Assembly (NCBI GenBank): GCA_963575745.1
Contig: CAUYUJ010000281.1
Span: 124,001 to 188,000, forward strand
Reading direction: 5' to 3'
Origin: Prorocentrum cordatum
Lineage: Eukaryota
DNA length: 64,000 nucleotides
Shown one piece after another: positions 25,399 to 38,648 of the stretch (positions are counted from its first letter, which is position 1; each line of letters starts with the position of its first letter). The notes beneath the pieces were generated by a model. It saw only the letters and a list, made by a program, of their open reading frames with translations, was not told where the DNA came from and ran no database searches. The translations under genes were made by a program, and so were the position numbers.

Positions 25399-26139
25399 AA
25401 GGGGAAGCGGCCGCGGCAATGCTCCTAACGCAAAGCGAAGATCGGCCGGGCCATCTGTAGTAGTTACCATCGTTCGGATTATATGCAGAGGGGCGCGCCC
25501 ATACTTATAACTCTTTGTGCTGGTGACCAAATCATAATGTCTCTTGTTGCCCGCTTGTTCCACCTCGCACAGTTCATGGTAGAGAGGATGGTTACTCCAT
25601 GCCTGGTCGCACCGCACGTCCAAATACCGACGGTCATAATCCCAGGGGTAAGACACCGACTCGTAACTGTCATTCCGCGCCACGTCCACCATATACTGCA
25701 CCATTGACCCGAGATCGCAACGGCCATGCGAATTACCGGTTGACCGATAGGAGCAATGCTTGCCATTCGTTTTCGTAAAAACTTCGACGCCTGCGAAGGA
25801 CGAGTTTCTAGACTTGCGCGCCAGGTGCCAAACGTAAGCATGCTCGTTTCGCCCGATGTCGGGAATCGCGATCATTTCGAAGTTGGCGCCGCTTTCAATC
25901 AGCTTGTCCTCGTCGGCGCCCAAGCCCGGCGTTTTTACGTAAACAGAAGCGGACACGCTTCTGCCCCACTTGCCATCCTTGATGTCCTGGCACCAGTCTG
26001 GAAGGATTCGGTTCGCCTTGACGTCCAGGCTGATCACAACATTGACCGTCGGTGCAGACGTCCTCGCCTTCCTCGCCGCGTCCTCTGCACGCCTGGACCA
26101 ATGTTTGATGCTCCAGATCCGCCACCGTGCCACGAGCAC
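25399..26139 (-). pseudogene. DUF3431-like (putative glycosyltransferase-related) protein, 5' part; intronless, possibly a retrocopy
   Basis: VYVK...IPDIGRNEHAYVWHLA...VEVFTKTN matches my recollection of the GRE..Y..HI...VF motif; 247 open codons of complex sequence; start not defined (in-frame stop at 26170). Confidence 0.6.
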
Positions 26140-27299
26140 TGAATGGAGTGTCTCCAGGTTCTTTGGTCCTCAATGTTGGTTACTGGTGCAAGTGTTCTCT
26201 GAGGGCCCCGAACTTCCAGCTCAGGGCACTCGCAGAAGCTCTCGGGGGTGTCTCGGGTGATCTTGGAGCTCTGGGGTCTGCTCATGGCAATAACACCGAC
26301 CCCATCAACTACTTGTTGTACGACGCATGACTTGAACATCCTTGCCTTTTCGGACTTGCGAGCGCTCCAGGAGGGCCCGAAGAAGCCAACAAATATTGTT
26401 CCCCCTGAGGTGTAAGCTTTCCTCAGCGTCTTTTCGGGCTGCCGACAGCCTCAGACGGCCCACGCGGCTTCCAAGATAACCCCAAGACCGCCCAAGAGGA
26501 GCCCAAAGACGGCCCCGAGAGCCCCCATCCAAGAGAGACTCAAGGACGGACCAGGAGGGCCCCCAGACAGCTTGACAAGGACCCCGGGAAGGCCCCAGAG
26601 GTGAAGGTTTTGTTTACAAGAGAAATGATTTCGTCCGGCGTTTCGACATTGGGCGGAAGGGGCGGGGGGAAGGGGTGGGGGTCTGGCCCTGGACCTCCGC
26701 CCAGTGCGACTGCTTGGGACCGCCCGTCCTGTGGGGGAGGCTCCACCTGCCCGACACGGGCGCCAAAGCAACAGCCAAGATCTACACCATGGGAGGAAGG
26801 GGGGAGGGGAGGGGAGGGTGCGCGGGCCCGCGCCGATCGGCAATGGCATGAAAACAAAACAAGAAAGCGCCCACGAGACACCCACGGCGGCCAGCGAGAC
26901 GGCCAGGAGAGGCCCTCACGACTGCCGGAGGGGCGGCCCCGGGAGGCCCAGGGGCCTCGAGGAGGCCCCAAAGGAGGCCCCAAGGGGAGCCCGAGCGGCC
27001 TCGTCCTCCTCCTCCTCCTCCCCCTCCTCCGCCTCCTCCTCCTCCGCCTCCTCCTCCTCCTCCTCATGCTCCGCCTCCTCCTCCTCATGCTCCTCCTCCT
27101 CCTCCTCCTCCTCATGCTCCTCCTCCTCCTCAAGCTCCCCAGGGCTCCTCGTCCTCCTCCTCCTCCTCCTCCTCCTCCATTCCTTTTCCTTGTAAATGAC
27201 TTCTCCCTGTCGCACCCCGAGCCGAGTTTTTAGGGCGGGTCGGGCGTTTCCCCTGAGGCTTCTTCACCATTTACGACTCTGAAGCTTAACAACTGGCAA

Positions 27300-27640
27300 C
27301 ACTTTCACAGATGGAGGGCGGGCGGTTTTCAAAACATGGCTCTCGCCATAGCGCGGCGCGCATTCGGTTTAAACATTCGCAAGCGTTTCGGGCTGAGGGC
27401 GGGTGGTTTTCAAAATGTGGCTCCCGCCTTAGCGCGGCGCACATTCGTTTTGAACAGTTGCAAGAGTTCCACGGGTTGAGGGCGGGTGGTTTTCAAAATG
27501 TGGTTCTCGCCTGAGCGCGGTGCACATTCGTTTTGAACAGTTGCAAGAGTTCCACGGGTTGAGGGCGGGTGGTTTTCAAAATGTGGTTCTCGCCTGAGCG
27601 CGGCGCACATTCGTTTGGAACAGTTGCAAAGAGTTCCACA
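27300..27640. repeat. 83-bp tandem repeat, ~4 units (diverged related array near 59060-59560)
   Basis: GAGGGCGGG.GGTTTTCAAAA at 27314, 27395, 27478 and 27561. Confidence 0.9.
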
Positions 27641-29032
27641 GGCTCCCAGCATCATCGTACCTGAAACTGTGTTTGGGATCTGGCTACACGGAAAGCTCTT
27701 GGATCCCCTCCTTGTTCTGGCGCGTCTTAAGCGCCTCCCCTCTCCGACCGCCATCCTCCTCCCTCTTTTCAGCCTCCCCCTCCTCCTCCTCCTCCTCCTC
27801 CTCCTCCTCGTATCCTCCTCCTCCTCCTCCTCCTCCTCCTCGAAACTGAATTACGTCGATTCTCTGTGTTGAAATCCAGAATGGCGTTCTGGCACGAGTC
27901 AGGATCGTCAGCTCGCAGCAGTCAGGTGGATCCGTGACGTTGGAGTCCCGAGAAGAATGGTTTGGTATGCCTCAGGGTCGTCAAACGGTTGTCTCCTAAC
28001 GAGACAATTCCCTCAAGCTGCAGGGTCCTGTGAAGAGGGAGCTTAGATGGAGGGTATATTCCAACGTCGTTGATGATTCTTGGGTTTACACTGGTCATCC
28101 TCCTCCTCCTCCTCCTTCTCCTCCTCCTCGTCTTTTTCCTCCCGCTCCCCCATCCCCCTCCTCCTCCTCCTCCTCCTCCTCATGCTCCCCAAGGCTCCTC
28201 CTCTTCATCTTCCTCCTCCTCCTCCTCCTCCTCCTCCTCCTCCTCCCGCTCCTCCGCATGCTCCGCCTTCCTCCACCACTTTGGGCTTAACACAACGGCT
28301 AGGGGAACACATAGTCCAATATCCTTGGTCAGACTTTGGCGTTTCCCCCCACAAAAACGGAGTCGGCGTCGGTTCGGTGCAGACGTCTTCGATCCGCGGC
28401 TCCCTTTGGCTTACCACGGGGCTGCTCGGCGTGCAAAATATTATAACATCTTGTGAGCCCGTCCATCTGCCAGGGGAACCACAAAACAAAGAAAACCCAC
28501 ATCCAATGCGGCCAAGATGGTCCAAGACGACCTGCAAGACGGCACAAGACTTTCCAGACTGCCCAAACTGGGTCCACGAGGCCTTCAAGTTTGCCCAAGA
28601 TGGATCCAAGACAGCCTCAAGACGTGCCAAGAGGACATCCGCGGGACCCCCAGAAGGCCAAACCGATTTAATTCTCCAACGTCAATCGAAGGTTTTCACG
28701 TTCTCGTCTTTTCGGGGTTCCGAAAAACCCAGACGGCCCAAGAGAGCCCCGAGATCGCCACATGTCAACTTAAGACGCCCACAGGAGGGACCAAGACTGC
28801 CAAAGATGGCCCCCAGACAACCCCAAGATGGCCCAAGAGAGCCTCAAGATGGCCCCAAGACAACCCCAACATGGCACTAAGAGCCCAGAAATGTCCCCGA
28901 GAACTTGCAACTATTCCCCCACGACAGCTTCCGAAGGCGCCGGACGGCCCGAAAACGATGGTCCAAGAGAGCCGTCGAGGCCTTCACGAAGGCCCGAATG
29001 GACCGAGACGACCTTCAAGATGACCCAAGAGT

Positions 29033-29819
29033 TAGGTCGGGCCTGTCCCCGTACAGGCGGATTTTGGACAACAAATACTCTGACGGAAAGACCCCATATG
29101 ACAATCCTTTCGGCTAATCTGGAAACAAACAAAAAACTCACTGTCGTGCGGGCCCCATAGGGAAGGAGCTCCCGCCTAAGACTTCCTCATAGTTCACTCA
29201 CAAATGAGGCTCCCGCCTGAGACTTCCCCCGCATTCAGGCCTCAGGAGTTCAAAATTGACGACAGTTACAATTTCGAGGATGACCCGCTCGGATTAAAAA
29301 TATGAAATGCGGGCCCCATGGGGAGGGGGCTCCTGCGTGAGACTTCCTCGCTTCACTCACAAACGAGCCTCCCGCCTGATACTTCCTCATATTCAGGCCT
29401 CCGGAGCCCAAAAGTGACGACAATTACACGTTCGAGGATGATCCGCTCGGATAACAAACATGAAGTGCGGGTGCCATAGGGAGAGGGCTCCCGTCTGAGA
29501 CCTCCTGGCAATTCACTCACAGACGGGCCTCCCGCCCAATACTTCCCCCATGTTCATGCCTCCTGAGCCCAAAAGTGATGACAATTACAGGTTCGAGGAT
29601 GACCCGCTCGGATGAAAAATGTGAAATGCGGGCTCCATAGGGAGAGGGCTCCCGCCTGAGACTTCCTCACAATTCACTCACAGACAAGCCTCCCGCCTGA
29701 TTATGTCTTCCCCCATATTCAGGCCTCCAGAACATGATGTTGAGCGATGAGCGAGAGTGTGTGTGTGTGTGTCTGTGATGTGCGACTGAATATGATGATG
29801 ATGGCGGTGGTGGTGATGC

Positions 29820-29850
<31 letters not shown>

Positions 29851-29892
29851 CGATGGCCGATGGTGATGGTGTTCGATGGTGAGCGACTGGAT

Positions 29893-29937
<45 letters not shown>

Positions 29938-30189
29938 GTGGTGGTGATGATGATGATCGATGGTGATGATGACCGATGACGGGGTGAATGCGTGAGTGAG
30001 GCGGAGAGTGGGAGGGAGGTTCCTGCGCGGAGGGTGTCTAGAGAAAATAAGAACCCCACTTTGGATGTGGGGGATTAAAGATACCGAAAATATATTCAAA
30101 ACATGCTCCAAGATGGTCGAAACATCGTCCCCAGACTATGTTTTGACTATTCTTGAACTTTCCTCCTGTAGAGGGACAGATCCGACTTA
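29033..30189. mobile_element. Mutator-like MITE family C, copy 2, carrying a tandem array
   Basis: TAGGTCGGGCCTGTCCCCGTACAGG / CCTGTAGAGGGACAGATCCGACTTA; flanks ACCCAAGAGT / ACTCAAGAGG. Confidence 0.7.
29145..29730. repeat. ~160-bp tandem repeat, ~3.6 units
   Basis: GCGGG..CCAT.GGGA unit starts near 29148, 29309, 29467 and 29628. Confidence 0.9.
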
Positions 30190-31019
30190 ACTCAAGAGGG
30201 CGCCTCCCCAGTGTTCCCCCCAGTGGCATCCCCGAGCACTGGGGGAACACGAAGTCCAGTAGCACCGCCGCACCTACACTCGCCATTTCACCACGCAAGA
30301 GTCCCGACAAGGCACGGGGCGACGGTGGTTCGCCGTGGGCGTCTTCGATCCGCCGCCCTCTCAACCTGCGGAGGGACGTTGGCGTGCTTAACTTTCTAGC
30401 CTCTGCAAACCCTTCCCAGCGCTCTCCGACCCAATCCTCCGGCCACCTGCAAACCACCGCAATGTCAAAACAGCTCGCCTCCTAGTTCGCTACGACGGCC
30501 CAATCTTGCATCCAAGACGGCCCAAGACGGTCGAAGATGGCCTCCAGGATGGCCCCAGACGGCTCCAAGACGACTCAGGTGTCCCCAAGACGGCCCAATG
30601 GGGCTTACAAGACGCCCTGAGAGGCCTTCAAAAGGAACCCCCAACTGGGCGCCTAGAAGCAATCATCATTGACGTCCGATGCGTTTCAGTGATATCGGCG
30701 TTCTAGCCCTTGAGGACATCCGACAGCCTCAGACGGCCTACGAGGCCTTCAAGACGGCGCCAAGACGGTCCAAGAGGTCCCAAAGAAAGCCCTGAGACGG
30801 TCCAAGATTGCCTCGTACGGCCTCCAAAACGGTCCCAGATGTCCTTTAAGACGGCCAAGGTGGGTCCAGATGGCACCAATACGGCCCAAGATGGTTCCAT
30901 GACAATCCCAAATGGCCTAAAGAGGCGATCCAGAGGTCCCACATCCTTGTCCCCCTCTTCCGCTTCCCTCCTCCTCCTCCTCCTCCTCCTCCTCCTCCTT
31001 CTCCATCTCCTGCCACCTC

Positions 31020-31410
31020 CCCTCTTCCTTCCCCGACTGTTTCCACGATGGCTTGACCAAGCTTTGGTCCAACGTTTGGCCGCATCGGCTTTTCCAGAAA
31101 GCCATGGAGCGGCGGTGACTTACCGGAGGTGCCTTCGATACTAGCCAGAGTTTGATTGAATGCAGCCTCGTCCTCCGCCTTGAACGTGGGGGGTGGTGCA
31201 TCCTGACGATCAACTCCCTCGTCCGCCGCTACCCCAAACCCCTGTGAGTACTGACTGGGCGACAATGCAGAAGTGTGCGGCGCACCGACGAGGAGCGCAG
31301 CCAGGGTCATGGACAAACCAACCATCGCGCAGGCAGGCAATATGGAAGTGTCTGGTTCTGCAGCGGCTCGGCGATCCTGAAGCCAGGTGCCGAGCCTGCT
31401 TGAGCCAATG
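31020..31410 (-). pseudogene. 5' end of a retroposed mRNA: spliced-leader relic, 5' UTR and signal-peptide ORF
   Basis: CATTGGCTCAAG at 31410-31399; ATG at 31325 begins MVGLSMTLAALLVGAPHTSALS..., open for ~100 codons until a (GGA)n tract. Confidence 0.5.
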
Positions 31411-32682
31411 CGGTCGGGACTCTTCTGACCCAGGTAAATCCAGACCCGGGTCAGCAGGAAACCGAAAACTGCAATGCAGGAACACAAAAAAGCTGCAACG
31501 CAGGTCTTCGCAAACCTGGGCCGGCCAACATGTGCGACCGCTCCGCGGCCACGAGCGGCTCGCTGACCCGGGTCAGCCAGAGGGGGTCTTCGCAGGCTCC
31601 TGCAGGATCCGGTGCCGTGGCTGACCCCCGTTTGCATTGACCCCCGTCTCAGGGCTCCCGACGTGGCGCGGCCCCCAGATCTCCGGCGTCGTGTCTTTCT
31701 CAAGACGTGGGCCCCGGGGCCCCAGAGACCGGCGCAACGGCGCGGACCAAGTCCCGACTGCGGGCCTCCTGGGCGCCGAGCCCGTGATACGACACAGGGG
31801 CGCACCGATCCCATCCGATACGCGCGGTGACATCAGGGGGCACGCAATACGATCCTCATGCCGAATGTTGCACACCACGATGGAGGAGATAAGATGTTTG
31901 AATTCATGTGTGTTCTTTGTTTTGGCTCCAACTTTGAGTGGGGACGCCTGGGGTCGTCCAGGGTCAGGATCTGGGGCGGCATTAAGACGTACTACTTCCA
32001 ACTGAAGGTGTTCAGAAAGCTGGTGGCGCTAACGCCTCAGGAAATCGGAGAGTGGCGGCACTTCAACGTCCATCCCCTTCACACCCTGGGGACTCGGAGC
32101 GCAAGCTGGGGGAGGAGGTCCAGGTCAGGGCTTGATCCGTAACCGCAGGTTTGGGCATGGATATTCCCCGCCTTCCGGCAGCGGGAGGGTGTACATACCC
32201 AACGCCACCCAAGATCCTCGAACCCATATTTCTAAACCAGTATGGATAAATCCCAGGGGTACGTGTGTAGGAGGAGGGGCGGGGGGACGCGGAAGGGGAA
32301 GGAGGAGGAGAGATGCTGGTTCGGGACGATTCAATCAGCCTCGCCCGGGCGGGACGCTCACAGTGTGCGGTCTGCAGACTGGGATCACGACTGGCACGAG
32401 CAAGGCTTTTTCACGGCAGCCTCCTCCGATCAGCTGCCCGGAAGAAGCAGGGAGGACGCAGGAGATGGGAAGGCGGTCAGAGTAGAGTGGGCGTTCGCCC
32501 GCCCGCAGACAAGGAAAGCAGCGTGACGTCACCTCGGCTGCTGCAGCAGGAGGGCGCGTAGCGTATACCGCATACAGGGGGCACGCGCATCCGACCATGC
32601 AGACCTTCCACGAACGGCCCGTAGCCTCCCTCCTGATGCAGGTACATTCCACTGGGCCCCCCCCAGGGACGAGGCACACAGC

Positions 32683-32821
32683 TGATGGGCCTGTCTTCCA
32701 CCACCACCACCATAAGTTGGAGGGGGGAAGGAGGAGGAGGAGGAGGAGGAGGAGGTGGAGGAGGAGGAGGACCCCCTCCCCCTCCAACTTATGGTGGTAG
32801 TGGTGGAAAACAGGCCCATCA
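32683..32821. mobile_element. 139-bp MITE with a (GGA)n core (related copies at 38931-39102 and partial at 39755-39860)
   Basis: TIR TGATGGGCCTGT.TTCCACCAC...CATAAGTTGGAGGGGG; 5-bp TSD ACAGC. Confidence 0.85.
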
Positions 32822-33770
32822 ACAGCGGCGGCAGCACCCAAGTGGGCCGTGCCCTGCTATGCGCCTGCCTGCGAGGGGCGCTCCGCTGGCTGGGCCTGCC
32901 AGAGGCGCAGCAGAGCAGCGACCGTCGCACGGCTGGTCCCGCGGCTTGGGTCTGCGTGCTGGTGGAGGGGCGGGGAAAGCACACCGCTGGACCTCCCTGG
33001 GGACGAAGCGCAGCGGCGACAGCTGCAGGCTGGCAGCACCAGGAGTGGGGGGGACCCAGTCGGGGGGGCCTCGTGGAGGAGGCACTCCGCGGGGGACGCA
33101 GCAGCGTTGTCACAATCACAGTTAACCCGTCTACGAATGACGCACGATAAGGATGCAAGGGCCTTGAAAGGCCGTGCCGACACTCTGCGAGCGGGGCGCG
33201 GCCAACGAAAGCGGCCAAGGACGGGCCGAAGGGGAAGGATGCAAGGGGAACCTTGGAAAGTCGCTCATCCTTACTATATTGGTTGACTGTAGGTGTTGCA
33301 TCATTGCTGGCAGCACCCTTAGGGAAGGACGGTGAGGTATACAGACATCGTGCTACCACAGGGTGGTTGAAGGAACGAAAGGGCTTTTCTGGCCACGGCG
33401 AGCCTCGGCCACGACGAGCTCTCCCAGCCCAGTTGCAAGGAACGGCCCGAAAACCAGAGCCCCTTCTTGCCCTGAAGTGGCCCTTCCGCTCTCACTTCAA
33501 CGCCTCGACTGTGATCTGGGTGCGCGGGGCGGGGTGGGGATCGGGGGTGTTCCCAGCAACCCACGGGAGAAGGGCGTCGGGGGCCCCGGTTGGGCCCGCT
33601 CGGGGCGGGGGGCACACCCGCGGGACCTCCCGGGAGGCACGTGCAGCGCAGGCAGCGGCAACTGCCGCGGCCCGCCACGACCAGGGGGAGGGCGCCCTGC
33701 CCTCGGGGCCTGCGCGGACCTCCCAGGGGGCCGAGGCACGATGGCGACAGCTGCGCGGCTGGCAGCACCA

Positions 33771-33902
33771 CTGGCCATCGCTCGGACGTCCATTTCGTGT
33801 GCTGTGTTTCGGTTTCGTGCGTGGCTTTTTCGCCAAATGATCCAGGATGCTCCTCGATGGTCCTCGCCGAAGGAAAGATGCACACGCCCGAGCGATGCCA
33901 AG
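33771..33902. mobile_element. MITE family A, copy 5
   Basis: Family A TIRs; flanks ACCA/ACCG. Confidence 0.75.
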
Positions 33903-34450
33903 ACCGGTGTGGAAGGGAGGGGAGCGGGGGCGAGGCCTAGGCTTGAGCCCGCGGGGGGGGGGGGGGCGCGCTCGCCGGACCTCCGAGGAACGCAGCACCT
34001 CGGCGGCAGCTGCACGGCCGGCGGCGCCAGGGGAGAGGTGGAGAGGGGGGGGCCACGGCGGGGCAACCAACGCCGCGGCCGAATTCTCGCGCCGCACGCT
34101 TCGTGGGCCCTCGGCCCCGGCGCTCACCCAGCGAGGTGGTAAACATGCGCGTCAGCGCAAGTAGATAAATCTGTCTCCTCCTCCTCCTCCTCCTCCTCCT
34201 CCTCCTCATCATCATCATCATCATCACAATCATCACCTCCACCAACCACCACCAGCACAACCAGCACAACCAGCACCAGCATAATCATTTACTTCATCAG
34301 CATCGTCACCATCAACAAGCTCATCATCATCATCACCATCAGCATCCTCATCATCGCCATCATCAGCGGCATCAGCATCATCATCATCATCATCAGCATC
34401 ATCATCACCACCAGCATCATCGTCATCATCATCATCATCATCATCACCAT

Positions 34451-34482
<32 letters not shown>

Positions 34483-35496
34483 TCATCATCAGCAGCATCA
34501 TCATTACCACCACCACCACCTTCACAATCATCTGTATCAACAGCAGCAGCATCATAATAAACAACATCATCAGAATCATCACCATCACCAGCATCATCAT
34601 CATCAGCAGCAGCGTCATCGTAATCAGCATCATCATGACCATCATCATCATCATCATCATCATCATCAGCATCGCCATCGTCATCATCATCGTCATCATC
34701 ATCACCATCAGCATCAGCATCACAATTATCATCACAATCATCAACATCACCATCAACAGCATCAGCATCATCGTCATCATCGTCATCATCAGCATCCTCA
34801 TCATCACCATCATCATCAACATCATCATCATCGTCCTCCTCAGATTCCTCTTCTTTTCCTCCTCCTCCTCCTCCTCGTCCCCCTCCACCTTCTCCTCCTC
34901 CTCCTCCTCCTCCTCCTCCTCCTCCTCCTCCTCCTCTTCCCCCTCCGCCGCCTCCTCCTGCCCCTTCGCCTCCCTCTCCATCCCCCATCGCTCTATCCAA
35001 GAGAAACGTCTCCTGACCCGGCTGCTGATGCTCCTCTTCCTCCTCCTCCTCCTCCTTCTCCTCCTCCTTCTCTTCCTCCTCCTCCTCCTCCTCCTCTTCC
35101 TCCTTCTCTTCCTCCTCCTCAGCTTCCTCCTCTGGCACGCTTATCCTGTCCCTGCTCCGCCTGCTGCACCTCCTGAGCCTCTTCCTCCCTTCTCCCGCCC
35201 AGGCTCCCCTCCTCCACCTCCTTCCCCCCCATCACCTATCCCTTCTCTCCACCTCCTCCTCGTCCCCCAGACACCCCCGCCCTTCCCGCCTCTCTCCCCT
35301 CCGCTCTCCTCCTCCTCCTCCTCCTCCTCCTCCTCCTCCTCCTCCTCCTCCTCCTCTTACCTCCTCCTCCTCCTCCTTCTCCTCCTCCCCTTACCTCCCT
35401 CGCACCCAGCCCGCCTCCACCAGCCGTGCTCCTGCTCAAGGTGCTCCTGCTCAAGTCCAGCCCGTCCCCCGCGGCCAGAGCACGCCACCACGGGGC

Positions 35497-35551
35497 CTGC
35501 CAGGTCCGCGAACCAGTGGACGAAATAGAAGGCAATGTCGCTGGAGGATGC
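35497..35551 (-). CDS. HD-like host gene, exon 7: ASSSDIAFYFVHWFADLA(G)
   Basis: AG acceptor, GC donor, in frame with neighbouring exons. Confidence 0.75.
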
Positions 35552-36707
35552 CTCCGTCTGACTCGCTGTCGCCCCGTCGCCGTCGACGCCGTCGTCGCTG
35601 TTGCTGTCGCCGTTACTGTTGCCGTCGCTACTGTCGTCGTCGTGGCCAGACGAGGAAAGAGGGGGAAAATGAGAGGGAAGGGGGCAGAGGGAGTAGGATG
35701 GAAGAGGCGGAGGAGGATGGATGATGATGAGGGAGAGGGGGTGGGGAAGAGGAGGGGTGAGAGGGAGGAGGGAGTAGGATGAAGGAGCGAGAGGGATCAG
35801 GACACGGAAGGAGGGAGATGGGAGGGCGGGGAGCAGGGATGGAGGAGAACGAGAACGGTGTCGAGGAGGCTGAAGAGGAGGCGGGACAAGGTATGGGAGA
35901 TTCCTCTCGCATTCTCCCCCTTCCGCCCACTCCCTCCTGGATGGACAGAAAAAGACGAATCGAATTCCTCTGTGCGAAACGGATTGCGGGCCCGTTTAGA
36001 CGATGCGTAGCGCCCTGGTCAGCTAAGAGATGCTTCTCTCGCGAACGCTTAGACCAGTAATTCTACAAATCAGACACTCGCTGCCGAACCGCTGCACAAA
36101 CGCTGAAGGGACTCGGGGCAACTGGGGACACGCACTGGGAACACACATAGGCGAGACGTCCTGGAGAGGCATTCTGGAAGAGACGCAGTGGAGAGGAGCA
36201 CGACCCTGAGAGCTTACCGTCGTGGAGGCGTGCCGGGGAGTTGCTCTACAGAGGCATGCTGGGGAAGCGCACTGGGGAGCGTTCGAGACGCATCGGGGAG
36301 ATGTGCAGGAGGCACGTCCGTTAACCTTGTTACCGCAAGCGCGTCTCCTGCCCCCACGCAGAGTATTAGGGGACTCGGCCTCTCCTGCGGCCGCCGCACC
36401 CTCCGCCTCCGCGGCCTCCGCCGTCACATCCGCCGCTGCAGACGGCGACGACGGCGACGGCCAAGACCTCCAGCTGAATCCAAGGAGGTCTCTGGTTGCC
36501 TCTGGGGGTCCCCGAGGGATCCGCGGGGGCCCTCGGCGCCACAGCCGCACAGAGCGCGTGCAAAATCTGTACTGTGGCGCTCCTCTTGCTCGTCCATCCT
36601 CCCCCTCCTCCTCCTCCTCCTGCTCCTGCTCCTCCTCCTCCTCCTCCTCCTCCTCCTCCTCCTCCTCCTCCTCCTCCTCCCCCTCGGCGACGACGACGAC
36701 GACGCGC

Positions 36708-36761
36708 CTTTCCAGAGATGATGACCTCGCGGAAGGCCTTGAACAGGGCACCCGGTGGCGC
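36708..36761 (-). CDS. HD-like host gene, exon 6: APPGALFKAFREVIISGK
   Basis: CAG acceptor, GC donor, 54 nt. Confidence 0.75.
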
Positions 36762-38648
36762 CTGCAGCCACGAGACGAGGTGGGGGGGGGTGGGGAGAGA
36801 GGGGCAGGCAAGGAGGGCCAGGAAGAAGGTTAACCTCTTCGTCGTCGTCTCCTCCTCCTCCTCCTCCTCCTCCTCCTCCTCCTCCTCCTCCTCCCCTTCC
36901 TTCTCTTCCTCCTCCTCCTTCTCCTCCTGCTCCTCCTTCTCCTCCTCCCTCCTTCTCCCTCACAGCCAAGTTCTGGTGCACAGTACACACGTCGCATCCA
37001 AGCCTCATGCCTCTTTCCTGGTTTCTGATTCGTCAGCACTGTTGAGCACCTCCCCTCGTCTCTTTCACTCATCGACATCGTCGCATTACCGACGACGACG
37101 ATCCCTGCCCGTGGCGCGTCCGCTGGACGCGACGGCGGCCTTGCCCGCCGCGCCACCAATGACCGCCACCCAGGAGGCTGGGGCGGCAGCGGAGAAAGGG
37201 AGAGGCGGGAAGGAGTCTCGGTCATACAATCCGACTTCACCACAAAAAAGCTCACAACTGGTGCGCCCCTGGCCGGGGTGGTTGGTTGGGGTCGCGGTGT
37301 TTCTGTCTGTCCGCCGTTGGGCAGGGCGGCATGCGAGCATTGCCAACACTGTGATTTAAGAACCTTGCTCCACCCGTGGCCCACATTGAAGGGTCCCCAG
37401 GCGGAGCTGTGGTTCTCGACGTTCCCTCCTGCCGATCCGATCCGATCCGATCCGATCCTCCGTCTCGCGGTAGCGCGTTGCCGCGCGGGCGCGCGGTAGC
37501 GCGGAGAGGGAGGGGGGGAGTAGGGAGAAGGAAAGCGAGGAGGGATAACGGGGGAGGGAGGGAGGGCATGTACCAGGATGGAGAGATGTCGAGGTATGAA
37601 GGAGGGGGGAGGATGATCAGGATGGCTGGATGAGACGTGAGGTAGAATGAGGGCGAGAAAAGGAGGAGGGGGATGTATTTCGATGGATCGAGGAGGTGGA
37701 ATGAACACGGATGAAAGAGGAAGAGGGAAGAACGGGCAAAGGAGGAGAACAGGGAGGGGGAGGAAGACCGAAGACAGATTTCTGGGGGGAAACTATGCTC
37801 ATCAGCGTCCTCCGCCTCCCAGGCGGTCCACGGGTCCACGAGTGGCCCTCAGAAGCTGCCTTCCGCAGTTTGGGGACGTCTCGGCTGCACGTAAAAGTGT
37901 GACCCTAAGGAAAAGTGACCTTCGGTGCTTGATTTTCGGGGGCCGCGGGAAGGCCGAACAGGAGTGCGCAAGCCGCTGCTATGGCACCGCATCCAGCCAT
38001 CTGCGGACACAACTGTGCTCGCACCAATGGTCACTCCCGCGAAAGGTCACTCTGACGTCTGGCCGAGAATCGTCGTGAGCGGAATGTCGCGGATCGGCTT
38101 GCACCGGCTACTCCGGATCTCATAACAATGGGGGGGGGTCTGCTTTTTGGAGGGGTCTAACGGGCTTCGTCAAACACAATTGTGGGGGGGTCTCGATTTT
38201 GGACCCTTTGTTGCCTGTCTGGGGGGGCTCTACTTGGAGGGGGTCCCAGACCGGCCGTCAAACACTTTTTTGACCCCCACCCCCTAATTATGAGATTTGG
38301 AGTACCGATCAACCAACCCAATCCTTGCCAGTCTGGTCAGCAAAGAATGGCCCGTAACTTCTGAGAATCTGCTTCCACCATGTCGATCGCTCAGTCGAGC
38401 CTGGTGCGGGACCTCTCCAAGCACCCGGTTGCACAGCTCGCCGGGCCTGGTCGGGCGCGGCGGCGGCCTCGATCCAAGACCCCAGCGGCTTGGGCGGAGA
38501 CCAACGCGCACATTGCTTCACACGCGTGCCGCGCACGACACGAGCATCGAGCTCGAGATGCGCCGTCCTGGCGGAGGCGCCCCTCACCAGGAATGATACT
38601 GCTCACTCCCCAGGTTCACCCTGCGTGTGCTCTCCCCGACTCTTCCCT

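Noticed and set aside
27300..29730. 83-bp and 160-bp arrays as CRISPR arrays
   Set aside because: The whole unit repeats; there are no unique spacers
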